Origin: the human T2T-CHM13v2.0 reference genome, Homo sapiens
Length of the DNA stretch: 64,000 nt
NCBI RefSeq assembly: GCF_009914755.1
Contig: NC_060938.1
Reading direction: 5' to 3' (one strand)
The notes under the pieces were generated by a model. That model was not told the DNA's origin, ran no database searches, and saw only the letters and a list, made by a program, of their open reading frames with translations. The position numbers and the translations under genes are program-made. Each line of letters starts with the position of its first letter. The first letter of the stretch is position 1. Of this stretch, positions 28,681 to 42,857 are shown in pieces.

Positions 28681-29099
28681 CTGGAACTCAGTCTGGCACC
28701 ATCTGGAACATTGCCCATCAACATGGCAGAAGGAAAGAGAATGAGGCAAAAATCTAAATTGGCTTTTAAAACTTCTGCCCAGAAGTGATGAGATCACCTA
28801 TGCTTATAATTCATTGACTATGCAAATCACATGATCAAGTCTGCCTAGAAAGGGTGGAGGAAAATAATGCTCCTCCAGGGAGTGAAAGTGAATATTGGTG
28901 ACAGTAACCAATTTATTATACAGGGGAGTCTATGTAGATGTCTGAGAGCCAGGAGAGAGGAAAGTTGGGTTTTTTTTTTTAACTGTCTTTTCTTATCTTT
29001 TGAACTTTGCAATGTATGAGTATATTACCTACTCAAAACAATAAATAATAGTAAGAATAATAAGATGAAACTACTGTGGTACACAGTATATTGGATAGG

Positions 29100-29635
29100 A
29101 TATTATCCACATTTGTCTTTGGACTGGCTGTGTAGCATCTGAACCACTCACGTTATAAGGAAGAGTTGAACCTCCCACTGTGGGAAATTGAATATGCCAG
29201 AAACTCACTTTTCCTGCCTCCTTTGCTGCTACCATATGACCAAGTTTCTGCCAATCAGATGCCCTTGCCCCAGACTTTAAATTGGAAACTAGAGATCCAA
29301 GAGGGGACTAAACCAAATCCTTTCTGGTAATGGAGTAGCTACGTCCAATTTTCAGAGTCAGTAGGGAGAGCAGCCATGCCCAGGGGCCAACACTGGCCAT
29401 GCTGGGAATGCCATCTGCAATGGCCATCATGCAGCAGCAGCAGCAGCAGTGGGTGCTCATAGAACTAGTTCCATGGCATGATTTCAGCACTGTGTGGCTG
29501 CGTATCCTCTCAACCTGATTCCTATCCCTTCCAGAGAGTGTAGGAACTATCCAATATCCTTTCATTAAATTCCATTTCCTGCCTAAATTAGCCAGAGTTT
29601 GATATCTGTTGCTTACAGCTAAGAACCCTGACAAG
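29100..29635 (+). mobile_element. ERVL-class LTR containing (CAG)6
   Basis: cacttttcctgcctcctttgc...gccaatcagatgcc...ttcattaaattcc...gccagagttt...ctgttgcttacagctaagaaccctgac. Confidence 0.65.
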
Positions 29636-29671
29636 TTTTTGTCCTGTTATCGAAAGAAAGTATAAGTATAG

Positions 29672-29990
29672 GGCCGGGTGCAGTGGCTCACGCCAGTAAT
29701 CCCAGGGCTTTTGGAGGCCAAGGCGGGCAGATCACTTGAGGTCAGGGGTTTGAGACTAGCCTGGGCAACATGCTGAAACTCCGTCTCTACTAAAAATACA
29801 AAAAAATTAGCTGGGCGTGGTGGTGGGAGCCTGTAGTCCCAGCTACTTAGGAGGCTGAGGCAAGAGAATCACTTGAACCCAGGAGGCGGTGGTTGCAGTA
29901 AGCCAAGATTGCACCATTGCACTCCAGCCTGGGCAACAACAGCAAAACTCCATCTCAAAAAAAAAAAAAAAAAAAAAAAAAACAGGAAAA
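29672..29990 (+). mobile_element. AluS
   Basis: Full dimer with long A tail; TSD aaagaaagtataa(g/a)tatag. Confidence 0.96.
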
Positions 29991-30846
29991 GAAAAGAAAG
30001 TATAAATATAGGAACTAGATGAAACACTCTTTAACTTTCCATTAAAAAAAAGAAATTCAAGGGATTGGATAAATAGGCAAATTGCAGTTTAAGTTCCTTT
30101 AGCAATTCCACACATACAAAGCATTTCTGAGCTTGCTGCTGGTGACTGCCTAGAACAAGAGCTACAGGTCTTTTTATGCCTGAAAATTAAAAAGAGCTTG
30201 GCAATGATTTAGATTTTAAGATTTTCCTAGGATTTTCTCTTAATTAAATATGATATTGTAAAAGTGAGGCCACCAGGTAGAGTAGAGCAAAGGCTGCAGA
30301 TTCTGGTTTGGGGCTGTATCTGACAGAGATTACCAGACCTCTCCTGTTTTCTCATATTAATCAGAGGACTGCTTAAATCCTTCATCTCTGATACTCTGTG
30401 CTTCTAAGTTGGTAAAACCCAGAGTGAATTTTGTTCCAAATTGGTTAAAGCAATTAAAAAAGGCGCCAGCCAGATACAGACTGGATTACCCTGTATTTAA
30501 CTTCCCTGTACTTAAGACTCTTTCTCTAAAATGCATCTTTAAAGATAGTGCCATACAACCAGGAAAAGAGATAATCAGTTGTCCTCTGTGTACTCTGATC
30601 AGTAAATTTATGTACAAGACACAACCTTTCTCCTACTGCTTTACATTTTCTTAACCTCAAAAGTTAGGACTCCGATGACCACAGCTGCGTAAGAGACAAC
30701 TCATCAACTAACAAAAAAGCTTACTGATGAGGTGTGTTCTTGAGTTTACTGATATGAAGAGGAGGCTATCTACCACTCTACTCAGTGATGGGCAGACAGA
30801 GGAAAAGATGCATTTTGAGGCTCATAGAGGCACACACAAACTGTTC

Positions 30847-31169
30847 TTTTTTTTTTTTTTTTTTTTTTGAGACAGAGCCTTACCAAATCGCCCAGGCTGG
30901 AGTGCAGTGACATGATCTCAGCTCACTGGAACCTCTGCCTCGTGGGCTCAGGTGATCCTCCCACCTCAACCTTGTGAGTGTGAGTAGATGGGACTATAGG
31001 TGTACACCACCACGCCCAGCTAATTTTTTTTTTTTTTTTTTTTTTTGGTAGAGACGGGGTTTTACCATGTTGCCTAGACGGGTCTCGAACTGAAGCGATC
31101 TGTTCACCTGTAATCCCACCTTGGCTCCCCAAAGTGTGGGATTACAGGCATGAGCCACTGCACCCAGCC
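30847..31169 (-). mobile_element. AluJ-like
   Basis: Diverged antisense Alu with long middle T run; TSD cacaaactgttctt / cacagactattctt. Confidence 0.92.
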
Positions 31170-31884
31170 CACAGACTATTCTTAAGTGCCAAAGAAAAAT
31201 ATACAGTGCATGCCTTTAATAGAAAATCTATTCTCTTATTCAATTGGATGTATCACCTTACTTTCCACCTTATCCTTATTTTGAAAATAAAATCCATAAT
31301 CTCGCCATCAAAAATCCTGGAAGGAGTTCAAAATTGAATCTCTTCTGAGCTAATTTAATTTAGGTTCTTTGTAGAAACCTTTTAATCACATTTCTCCCCT
31401 AGTTGTATACAGCTGTAGAATAGTAAGGCTCTATTCAGAGTTCAGAACAGCCTCTCTTTCTTGTTGCTGACTCAGACTTCTAAAAATTACATTCTGTGGC
31501 TGAGACTAGCAATGAAAAGAAATTCAAATTTGGAAAAATTTGGAGAAAATCTTCCTCCTTGCCAAAGGGAGCAGTTTGTCTTCTATCTTCCAACTTCTTC
31601 GTTCTTGGTTTTTCTTTCCCTGAACCCTTAAATAACTTTTGCCATCTCTCCATTCATAAAAATCTGTTTTCAGCAAAGGGTTAATAAGCATACTCCCATT
31701 TAGTCGAGGAATAGCCTACAGCCTACTACTATGCAGTCTTCAACCTACTATAATCTGGTTTCAGTGCCACTTCCTAACTCAGCCCCCATTAAAACTTCTC
31801 TCACTGAGGCCACCCGTAAGCTCCTAATTGCCAAATCCAGTGGACACTCCCCAGTCCTATACTAACTGGGCTCCTGTAGGAGAG

Positions 31885-32390
31885 ACACATTGCTAACAGG
31901 CCTCCATTTTATTTGCCCAGCCCTCAGGGATGAGTCATGATTGAGCTCAGGCAGTCATGGCAACCCCCTTCATTTTGTCAGTCATTGATCTAGGAAGGGC
32001 AAGGACCCTTGGTCAATGAGACATAAGGGGAAATCTGATGCCATCCCCTGGAAAATATTTTCTTCCTTGAAAAAGAATGAGGCACACAAGGAGAAAGACT
32101 TATTGTCTCTACTCCCCTTGATTTCTGTTTGGCAAGTTCTCACATGCAAACTTTTTGCTTGTAATGTCCAGCCTATGACCCTGAAGGTGAAATTTTTTAC
32201 ACGCTGAAGGTGGGCAGAGAAGACGAATGGAAAAAGTCTGGATTCTCCATGACATTGCTGGGTCACAGAGCCCAGAAAGAGACCACCTACCTCAGACTAC
32301 TTGATAAGTCATTCATAATGACTGAAGCCACTTCTATTCTGTTACTTGCAGCCAAATGTATCCTGATTAGTATGATCTGTCTGTGTAGCA
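31885..32390 (+). mobile_element. MaLR LTR (MLT1J/K-like) within L2
   Basis: ggacccttggtcaatgagacataagggg...cagcctatgaccctgaagg...cctcagactacttg...ctgttacttgcagccaaa. Confidence 0.7.
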
Positions 32391-32399
32391 TGTGATATT

Positions 32400-33478
32400 G
32401 TATACCACTGCTTCATTAAAATCTCTGACTCTAATCTCTGTGTGCTCTATGTACTCTTCCTTAATATGACCCTCAAATATGGGTGCTTCCTAAAAGACTA
32501 GCTTTCCAATCTCTTCTCTGCTTGCCCCCCATAGTTTCTGAGAGGGCTCTTCCTGGCCCACTGCTTTAGTTACCACTCATATTCACATCTCTCCGACTTC
32601 TCTCCCACGCTTTTTCTCAAGATATGTGAGATAAAACTCAACATTTTCCTTTGTGAACATGCCCCTCTGCCTGTATGCCTCATCTTATTCGATGCTAACT
32701 TCTCTACCCAGTCACCGAAGATAAAAATGCAGGCATCATAATAATCTTTCTTCTTTAATTATTCATACCCTCTCCTAGTCTTTATCATAGTGAATTGATT
32801 AAATAGTCATGCTCATTTCCTACTAAATATTTTTTGGCATCTCTCCATCCTCTCTCCTCTCACTCATTAGTTTACACTTTTTCACCTTCTGCTAAAACCA
32901 TTGCAAGGCCTTCTTAACTGACTCACTTTCCAGTTTTGCCTCCTTCATCCAATCCCTTGCATTGCCTCAGGATGATTTTCTGCAGGCCAAATATTAGAGG
33001 GTCTCTCCTCTACTTAACCTGTCATTGATTCCTTAGAATGACATTCAAGTCCCTTCCTCATTCCACTTTAGAGTCTCCTTCTAGCTTCATATCCTCTGGG
33101 GCCAAGTGAGGAAGGGTCTATTTTTCCTGCAGTCTCCTTTCTACACTGTCTCTACTTCATCTACCTGGTGCACTCCCATTTATCTTTGGTTTAGGCATTA
33201 TGTCAGCTGTGAAGGGTCTTTCTTTATTCTCATCACCCTCCTTACCATTCTCCATCCATCGTGAAAGAGTTAGATAGTTCCCCCGTAGGATCTTGTGCAT
33301 GCCTCTACCATGGCATGTATCAGCCAATTCTGGAATCCTTGACTACATTGTCCAATCTCCATTAGACTCTGATCACCTTGAGGACAAAGACTGTCTTGTT
33401 CGTGTTTTTACTCCAAGTCTAACAGATAGTAGCAATAAACGTTTCAAGAAGAAAGAATTAAGTGAATGAATAAATGAT
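32400..33478 (+). mobile_element. L2 3' region
   Basis: Ends attagactctgatcaccttgaggacaaagactgtcttgttc...gaatgaataaatga. Confidence 0.75.
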
Positions 33479-34039
33479 GTTTTAATTCTCAGGGCATTTA
33501 CATTTTACAAAAATAAAACAATGAAACCACTAAGCCATAAAAAGGAATTTCTAATTATTTGATGTCCCACCTCAGGGCCCAGTGAGGAGGCACCTTCCAG
33601 ATGCTGTGGTGAATCACGCTGCATGGACAGCTATTAGTCCACAGTAAAATCCACTGTCTTGCCTGTTGGGCAAATTTTCTTTCAGAAAATTTCAGAAATT
33701 TTGGCATTTCAACAAGGCATTTCAAAGTCTATAAGTTGTCCAAAATTAATTATAGCCTTTAGTGAGCATACTGTAATGTTTTTCATGTAGTTATGATTCT
33801 TTTAAGGAACTTGTGTAAAAAGCATAGTTTTTCTTAAGACATGAATTCAGAAATTTTATGGAATGCATCTGCAATATGTATAGACATGAGGGATAGTTTT
33901 AGTCATGCTGTGCCCCCGATATCCAGTTATAAGTTGCTAGCCATCATTGTTAGGCTCAGTGTACACACTGTGTTTAACATAATGTGAGCAGATCCAGTCA
34001 TTTTAAAAACATGGTAATCATTGACTGAGGTAGATGTTG

Positions 34040-34510
34040 CACTCACTCTTCTGCATTTGCTTAATTCAGATCTAGTCTGTACCCTGTTCTGTGCCCCAAG
34101 AGGTTGACCTTTATGGACTGCATCAGTTAGGCTGCCCATCTCTTGGGTTTCTGATTGGGATTGAGCTGTGAGCACCACCAGCAAAAGATTAGAAGAAAGG
34201 AAGAGAGAGAGGTTGTTTCTTCCTTGCCAGGTCAGATTTGACAATGGCTGTGTTCCTCAACCAAATGCCACAGCTCCTGTTGGGTGAACTTCTCCAGGTT
34301 GCTGTAACCTCTCCATCCTCTTGCCTCTTAGGCCTGGAGGTCATAGAGGTGGTAACAGTCTCTGCTGCTGCTAGCATAGGAGGGTTTCACTATCCTCTCT
34401 TGGTTTCCCTCAACTCTACCCTTACACTTGTATATATTCTCTTCATTAACCTTTCTCTAATCATGCACTTTGAGTGCCACCTGTTTCCTGCTGTGACCCT
34501 GGCAAATACA
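34040..34510 (+). mobile_element. ERVL LTR (LTR33-like)
   Basis: accctgttctgtgccccaagaggttgacctttatggactgcatc...tttgagtgccacctgtttcctgctgtgaccctggcaaataca. Confidence 0.75.
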
Positions 34511-35749
34511 CATGCTCAGGATGCTTAGGGAGATGACGAAAAGCATTAATCTATTTACTCCATCGCCCACAACTTTTACCTTTGTTTGCTCAAACCTCAT
34601 CCACCATGGGCACAAAAGTTCCCAATTATAGCAACACAACAATATTTTGGGGTGGTCATCTGCAGAATTTTGATTCTCTCTCTCTCTCTAATTCTAATAT
34701 AATGGTTCTCAACTGCCTAAGAGGAGGGCAGTCACATGCTTTGGAACTGGTTAAAGCTGGATGAAAGGGCCCCTGGGGCAGCTGCCAATCAATAAGGTGC
34801 ATTGATACATCACTGGGCTAGAGCAGACATGGCAGAAAATGCAACAAGACAGAGAAAACAGTATTACCTAGAAATCTTCGCAGGAGGAACACTGTATGTG
34901 TTAGTAGAAGAATTTCGATGAGTCATTTGGAGTAGGATGGAGAGAGGAAAAAGAGGATGAGAGACACCCTCCCTCTCCAAAAGCCATGCTGTGGTAATAA
35001 CAGGTGGTTTGATAGACTGGTTTCTAAGGAGAACGGGTTGCGTTAACTTGGAAGATTATGCTTGGGCTAAATGTGTTTTCTTGGGTCAGAGCTGGAGTGA
35101 AATTTTTCTTGAAGGAAAAGGTAGAAAGTTTGAAATGGCCTCATTGACTCTCTTTTGTAATCATTTCCCCATGCAGCTTGCCTAACCCCTGAATTTCTGC
35201 CCATCATTTGCTAAACAAAATGATGTCTGTGTCACTTGGCTTCTGGGCTTTTGGTATATGTATCCCACATCAGGGCAATAGGGCTCTGCTTCTTTGTGAA
35301 GGCTTGGGAAGAGCCTTAGACAACATTGTGGGGTATATTTGACAATAAAAGCCAGTTGCTGCAGATCCCAGTGCACTCCCTACACTCAGACCGCATCAGA
35401 TGCCTTTCTCCCGCATTCTAATGCAAAAATGACCAAAATAGTCTTCCTCTAAACATTGGGTACCACTGGGGGATTAAGATGTTTTACCACTAAAATTGAA
35501 TAATGTTAACCTTACCTAATTCACACACACATAAACTTACCCCATGTCTGATACAGACTCCAGGGGTTGGGGTCAGTGATGGGAGATGTTTGGTTATGGG
35601 ATTAGATAGCAGGTGGCAGGGGAGGGGAGGGGTCTGGGGATGGATGTAAGAATCAGGGATGTTTGGTAGCAAACAGTGGTTTTACAGGTTAATACAATTG
35701 TTTAAACATGACTGAGTGAAATGGCACTCTCTGATGGGCCATTTTGCAT

Positions 35750-36120
35750 TGTCATGCTTTGTTCTTATAGATGCCATCCTGCAAGCTTGAATGCCCTTTT
35801 TCTCCACCAGTGACCCCTGCCTCACAGAACTAATTTCTGTTCATCTCTCAAACTCCTGGCCAGGTGTCACCTTCCCTCAGTTATTCTTCACTGGCCCCAA
35901 GTTGGGTGAGGTGCCTGCCACCCCTCTGTGTGCTAGTGGCAGTGGCACTGTTGCATTTTCCTGGGGTAGCTCTGATCACACTGTACTGTGATTATTTATC
36001 TGCCCGTCTCTCTTCTCAAGGCAAGAACTGGATCTTAGTCTTCTCTCTATCCCTAAGGATTTCACAAAAATATGCCTACTGATAGGAGATGCTTATTGAA
36101 TGAATGAAAAAATGAATGGG
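35750..36120 (+). mobile_element. L2 3' fragment
   Basis: Ends ataggagatgcttattgaatgaatga. Confidence 0.65.
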
Positions 36121-36309
36121 TGAGGTTCTAGGACGGTCTGAACTCTAAAACCTGCCGAAGCTCCATGAGCACAAATAAACCGGAGTCCTACAAGACCTCT
36201 TGCCACACACAAACACACACATGAATTAATGTGTAATCTTTGCTCCATTTAAAATCTTTTCATCTTGAATCCCTCTTATAGTTTTGTTCCTCAGCATTGG
36301 CAAAATGTT

Positions 36310-36475
36310 GGCATAATGCTTAAAGAACATGAGTTCTGGAGTCAGACAGTCTGGGTTGGAGGCTAATCTTTACTTCTTGCTGTGACACTGGGCCAGTGAC
36401 TTAACTTCTTTATGCCATTTTCTTATCTGCAAAATGAAGGTAATACTAGTGTCTGTCTCATGAGGTTGTTCCTAT
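36310..36475 (+). mobile_element. MIR
   Basis: ttctggagtcagacagtctgggtt...gctgtgacactgggccagtgacttaac...ctgcaaaatga. Confidence 0.8.
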
Positions 36476-37450
36476 ATTTATATTCATGGAAAAACTTACA
36501 AATGGCTCATATTTATTTTAGCAGAGAGTTTTTGACATGGACATATGTGCTCATGATTCTGATATTGTATACATATATTATAGCCTAATGAATTAATTAG
36601 GTGTTTCACAAGGGACACCATAACACTTAGAGGCTCTGTCATTTGAATAAATTTGAGCCCCATTGATGTAAAACATGCAGAAAATCTCAAGTCACTAAAT
36701 ATATGTTCAGTCTCTATTCTGTTTCTTGGCAGCTTTATGACCTCAAGCAAGTCCCCTAATTTTTAATCTCAAATTTTTAATCTGTAAAATGAGGCTACTT
36801 ATATTTGCGTAACTTCTAGGATTTTTCAGTGCTCAAATAAAATATTACAAAATATGGAGCCATATGATATAAAAGCTTATTATTATTGCCACTAGTATTT
36901 TCTCTAATCAAAATCTAACAATTCAAGGTTTTCCCTAATCCTTTAGGGCTCTATGAAAACACATTATATTGTGTTCACAAGTATCCAATTCTCCTCTCCT
37001 GGACACAGGAAGACTGTACTGCTTTGCCTCCCTCTGTGGGGCCACCTGACTTGTAGCTAATGAAATGTAAAGCAGTGCAAAACCTAGGCATGATTCTCCA
37101 GCCCCCCATCCCCTAGCACAGCACCTAAGTCGACGTGCTCCAGACAGCACAGCTACAGGTTAGTAACCAAGCCATTCTAACTTGGTAGTAGGTAAGATGT
37201 GAGGAGCCCTTCTGAGTTACTTTATTTGCATTTCAATTAAAACCTCTGAAGATAAAATGTCATAATACAAATAAATGATTCAAGTGATTAAATGTCAGCT
37301 CCTATAACTGCAAACCCACTGGGGAATATTTTTTAAGTAGAAAATGTCTGTTACTCACTTCAATCACATTTAGTGTGTGTCTGCTTACTTTCGTGTAGAG
37401 CCAATTCTGGGTGCTTAGCCAGAATACTAAATGACCACATGAGCTAACAT

Positions 37451-37706
37451 TAGGGTTGCCAGATTGAGGGAAAAAAATAAAGGACATCCAGTTTAATTTG
37501 AATTTCAGATAAATAATGAACATCTTTTTAAATATAAATGTGTCCTATGCAATATTTGGGACATATTTGTACTAAAAGAATTATCGGTGGTTTACCTCAA
37601 AGTCAAACTTAACATGATGCCCATGAAATATTTGAGACTTACTTATACATTGTTTTTCTGAGGTTCAAATTTAACTGAGTGCTCACTGTTTCATCTGGCA
37701 ACTCCA
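37451..37706. mobile_element. MER53 palindromic MITE with duplicated right arm
   Basis: TIRs TAGGGTTGCCAGAT / ATCTGGCAACTCCA; centre tgtcctatgcaatatttgggacata; degenerate TSD gctaacat / gctacat. Confidence 0.88.
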
Positions 37707-38369
37707 GCTACATGGTGCCTTAGTCAATGGTGCTTTTACGGTTGTTTATACTTAATTGCTATTAAACCCGAAAGGGCAAACATAAACTAGACAATTACTC
37801 TAAGCAATATCCTGTTTGACCTTGCTGCAAGCTAAGGCAATAAAAGATTTATGAAAGGAGTATCAGTTGCCATATTTGTTAAACTTTTCTTATGCACTGT
37901 TAATATCCTCTTGGCCTCACCTCTTTTCAGGGCCCATGGACACTATTTCTACTTCAGCTATTTTGATGGAACCAACTCTGTATGCACTTCAATCAGTTTT
38001 ACACATAAACAACTTGACAATGCCCTGCCTTGTGTCCATAAAACGTGCACCTCACCATTCACCCTGGAGCTTTTTTCTTGCTGCTGAAATGTGATGCTGT
38101 GAGGCCCACTCGCTCCCCCACACATGGGGCAAAATTTTCATCAGTGGGGGACAGGAGCTGGTGAATACAGTTTTTCTCTTCCTCGCCTAACACTGATTGT
38201 CCTGAGATGCAGTAGTTTATATGGCTTTTCATAAGACAGTCTTGCGGATTAAGGAATCCATTGCATTTGATACCTAGAGGTGCCTACATTTTGCCTTGGG
38301 TTCTGCTTTCTGGGAAGCTTAGGCTAAGATATCATATGACAGACATCTAATAACGAAGCCGTCTGTATG

Positions 38370-38560
38370 GGAAAAGAGTAAGGATTTTCAAAGGACCTGG
38401 GCTCAATCTAGTCACTGCCATTTACTGACTGAATGCCCATAGAAAAAAATATTTAACCTCTATGACTTTCAGACTCTTCATCTGTAAAATGGGGGTAAGA
38501 ATGAGCACTTCATAGAATTGTTATGAAGATTCAATGGGAAAATATACATAAAAAGCACAT
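38370..38560 (+). mobile_element. MIR
   Basis: gacctgggctcaatc...tttaacctctatg...tcatctgtaaaatgggggtaagaatg. Confidence 0.8.
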
Positions 38561-38569
38561 TAGTAGAGA

Positions 38570-38780
38570 TCACTGATAATTTTCTATGTGTTGGGCACTG
38601 GGCTGAGGGATTTATGTTTTTAGAATCAATAACCCTGTGAGGTAGGTTCCATTGTCATCTTCTGAGGCACCAAATGAGATGACTTGTTCAAGGTAACGAA
38701 ACCAATACATGAGGAGCCAGAATTGGGAACCAGGCAGTCTGACTCCAAACCTATGCCCTTAACCATTACATGGTGCTCTT
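38570..38780 (-). mobile_element. MIR (opposite orientation to the adjacent MIR)
   Basis: aaccctgtgaggtagg...ctgaggcac...gacttgttcaagg...gaaccaggcagtctgactcc. Confidence 0.8.
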
Positions 38781-38804
38781 CATCCAGTGAACAGAACAGT
38801 GCCT

Positions 38805-39320
38805 GGCACAACATCCATTCTTTCTCTCCTCCTTAGTAAGAGAACCCCTTATTTATTTGAGGTAGCAATGTGCCCAGCTAAATGACTGCAGCTCTCAGAA
38901 GTCCCTTGCAGTTAGATGTGATTACGTGACTCAATTCCGACCAATTATGTACAAGTGGAACTGTTAGGTGGTACTTCTAGGGGGTTTCCTTAAAACGGTG
39001 GGAGGTGGGCCCTTCTCTTGCTCCTCCTTTCTCTTAGCTGGAATATAGACATGAAGGCTGGAGTGCAGGTAGCTATTGTGGACCCATAAATTGATAATAC
39101 TAAGGATGACAGAGCAGCAAGATGTTGTGGAGCCACCACATGGACCAGAGACAGCCTGTCTCAGATCTTCTTTTAGATAAGAGACAAATGCTTTTCCACC
39201 TGTTTCAGCCAGGGGAGTTTTGTTTTTATATTTGCACTGTGTGTATGTGTGCGTGTGTATGTGTGTGTGTTTTCTTTTCTTATTCTTGTCTACATAGCCA
39301 AATATAATCCTAACGGATGC
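38805..39320 (+). mobile_element. MaLR LTR (MLT1J-like)
   Basis: agcaatgtgcccagcta...cccttgcagttagatgtg...gaaggctggagtgcaggtagctattgtggaccc...cagccaaatataatcctaac. Confidence 0.75.
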
Positions 39321-40129
39321 AGAATTTGACATTTTTGGCTGCCTGCCTATCCATTTATATTATAAACCATAAAGTAGCATATATATTTTAGTTGTAATTA
39401 TTACATTTAATATTGATGAAGTGAGTATCCTTATGAACCATAGTTCCTACCTAAGCATAACTTTGGTTGGAAGTTAGGAGGAAATATGAGCATACTTATT
39501 TCAAGAATCAAAATTGGTTGATATTGCTACACATATTGCAGAACAGCTGCTGTCACATAAATCTAATTCCATCTTTTCAGCCAAGGCTCATCTCTCCCCA
39601 GGCAATATGCTACTTGCTTCATGTAAATATATTCATTTTCCCCACAAGACGTGGTAAGGAAAGAATGTATTCATTTACCAAGGTGAACTCTAAAGTGTGG
39701 AACAAAACCTACATCCATAATTATTTTTGAGACCAATGGCCAGGCAGATCATACTGTTAAAGACCTGAAAATAAGCACATTAACAAAGCAGCCAATATTT
39801 ATTCCTGACCATTGGCCAATTTGGCAAAGTATTAAAAATTAATTTTATGATCACCTCTAATTCTTGTGTCAAAAAAGTGTATGTATACTTCTCACAAACT
39901 TGCTATTTATAATCATCCCTATTTACAAAATCAATGAAATTATATTTCAGCCTTATAAATAATGCCTGTGTTGTCAAAAACAAAACAAAAACAGACGACT
40001 CTGGATAATGAGAATGTTTAAAAAGCAGCCACACAGAATTTATGCATATAAATGCCTACTTTAATCTATTTCATGTTTATACCTTTTTTATTTTAATATG
40101 GTTATATGCCATTTACAAATAAATGATTA

Positions 40130-40516
<387 letters not shown>

Positions 40517-42450
40517 CTAATTTGAGTTTTTTTAGTGGCTTTGACAAAAATAGAAACATATCGGGCTATATATTAAGTTATATTAGACTTCTTGCCTGAT
40601 TAGAGCAAACAAATACAATTTTTCTAATTTTTAGTTTTTCTAAACTATAATTTTTCTAAATTTTTCTAAAATGAAAAATTTTCAATCTGGTTTCAAGGAT
40701 GAATTTCTACAGGATCCTTAGAAAATGGAAAACAATGTCTTCAGCTGCAATTTTGTAAAATTATGAAGGTATTCTAGGTAACTTTTCCTATGTTGATCCT
40801 ATATAAAGCCTGAAAGTATAAAATTATAACTCAGTATTTTATTGGTGACATTATGTGAAATTGCATAAGAAATTTATTTGTTCATGATCCAATTCTTTGG
40901 TTTCAGCAAAACAGATATATGTATGCTCAAAAGTTTAACAAATTGCCACTAAAATTCCACAGTTATGTCTCTTCTTTCTTTCCCATTCAAGAAAGCACAT
41001 CTGAATGCAAATCAAGGGGACATTAGTATGTGTATAATCTTAATACTGCTTTAATTTAGAAAATAAGGTAAATCATTGACAGAATTCAACCATCTAACTA
41101 GTATTAATATCAAATTATTTGCAATATGGGCTCTCTGCCAAAATGATCCTTCTCCTTTCCTCTATATCTATGATCCCTCTCAACTCAAATATTGAATTAT
41201 TTGAAGGGTCTATATTTAATTTTTAAGTAATGAACATGTACTAAATGGGATAATTTACTATTAATAAGTTTCAAAATATATTAATTTAATTTCTTAGTAC
41301 AACCTTTATGTTTTCTCATAAAAGGAAATAGAAAAGTGTTATCTCCAAGAAACTCCATACCTTGATTATGTTATTTTCTTAAACTGTACCTGATCCTCTA
41401 TTTACAGCAGAGTTAATAGCAGATGACAGATTTATAGAATCCTCTACTTGAATTTTCTGGGGGTTAAGTCCCAAACAGTGGCCCAACAATAGTCCCATTC
41501 CCCCAAACTCAGAAGGATTTGAGAGAATGACTCAGACATACTACAATTTACTTAGCAAAAATCACAGACCAAAAATGCTAAATCCGTGCCTCCACCATGA
41601 TTTCCACCTTCCTGATATTTTCCGAGTGGTGTCAAATATGAAACAGCCTGACTTCACGTCAGACTTGGGAGGATTAAGAGGGAGTAAAGCCTTTTTCTTA
41701 AGTAGAAAAGCAAATGACAGAAATATGACTCCTTTTATTACATAGAGGATATAACATTGTACGTAAATGTGATTTTGTATTTAAACATTAAATTTCATCT
41801 GTATATAGCATGCATTATTAAATAAGGTCATTAAAAATGCAGACCTGGAATGCCTTCCAGCTTATATAATTCTGAGAGTTTCTCAAAGGGCATATAGGTA
41901 TATGTTGACACTGTGACTGAGAAGCTGCTCCAACTCAACACAAGGAGAAAACTTAGGGAACCCAGAAGAATAACCAGGTATCATCCCTTGGTTTGTGGCT
42001 TTCACATATCAGATGTCTAAAGGAAAGCCTTGGAAAATATCAAAGGGCATTTTCTGACACTGAAAAGTAGAAAGACACCATTTTTGACTGAAAGGAAATC
42101 TAGCCAGGCACTTGAGAAAGTGGGAATGAGGGAAGAAGAATTATCCTTCAGAGTTGGCCAGAGAACAAGTCATTCCCCTTCAATGCTGGCATAAATTAGA
42201 GGGTGCCTACCAGTTAGGGTAAAGTTTTCCAAAAGACAACTTTTGAGTCTATCCATACACGTAGATCAGAACCTGGTTGACAATGTAGAGTTCTGTGCCA
42301 ACATGGAAAACGTGGTTTCAACATGAAAAAATATTAAGAACAGGTGTTAACAATCGACTGTCTTGATTATGAAAGAACTTCACTAAGTCTTCCAGAAAAT
42401 ATCTAATTTTCCACAATACTATTCTTTTTTAGATTAGGAAGGATGGATTA

Positions 42451-42730
<280 letters not shown>

Positions 42731-42731
<1 letters not shown>

Positions 42732-42825
42732 GAAGAAGAAGAAGAGGAAGAGGAAGAAGAAGAAGAAAGAAGAAAGAAGAAGAAGGAAAAGGAGAAGAAG
42801 AGGAAGAAGAAGAAGAAGGAAAAGG

Positions 42826-42856
<31 letters not shown>

Positions 42857-42857
42857 A
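42731..42857 (+). repeat. Pure-purine (GAA/GAG/GAAA)n tract
   Basis: ~127 nt without a pyrimidine; 33-nt unit starts at 42785 and again at 42818. Confidence 0.95.

Noticed and set aside
29431-29449. (CAG)6 as a polyglutamine or expansion locus
   Set aside because: Short, inside an LTR, and not in a supported coding frame.
30266-30285. GGCCACCAGGTAGAG as a CTCF site
   Set aside because: Lacks the conserved GGC of the 3' core.
32528-32539. CTGAGAGGGCTC, a third match to the 19841/17300 segment
   Set aside because: Only 12 bp, with no flanking similarity; plausible by chance in 64 kb.
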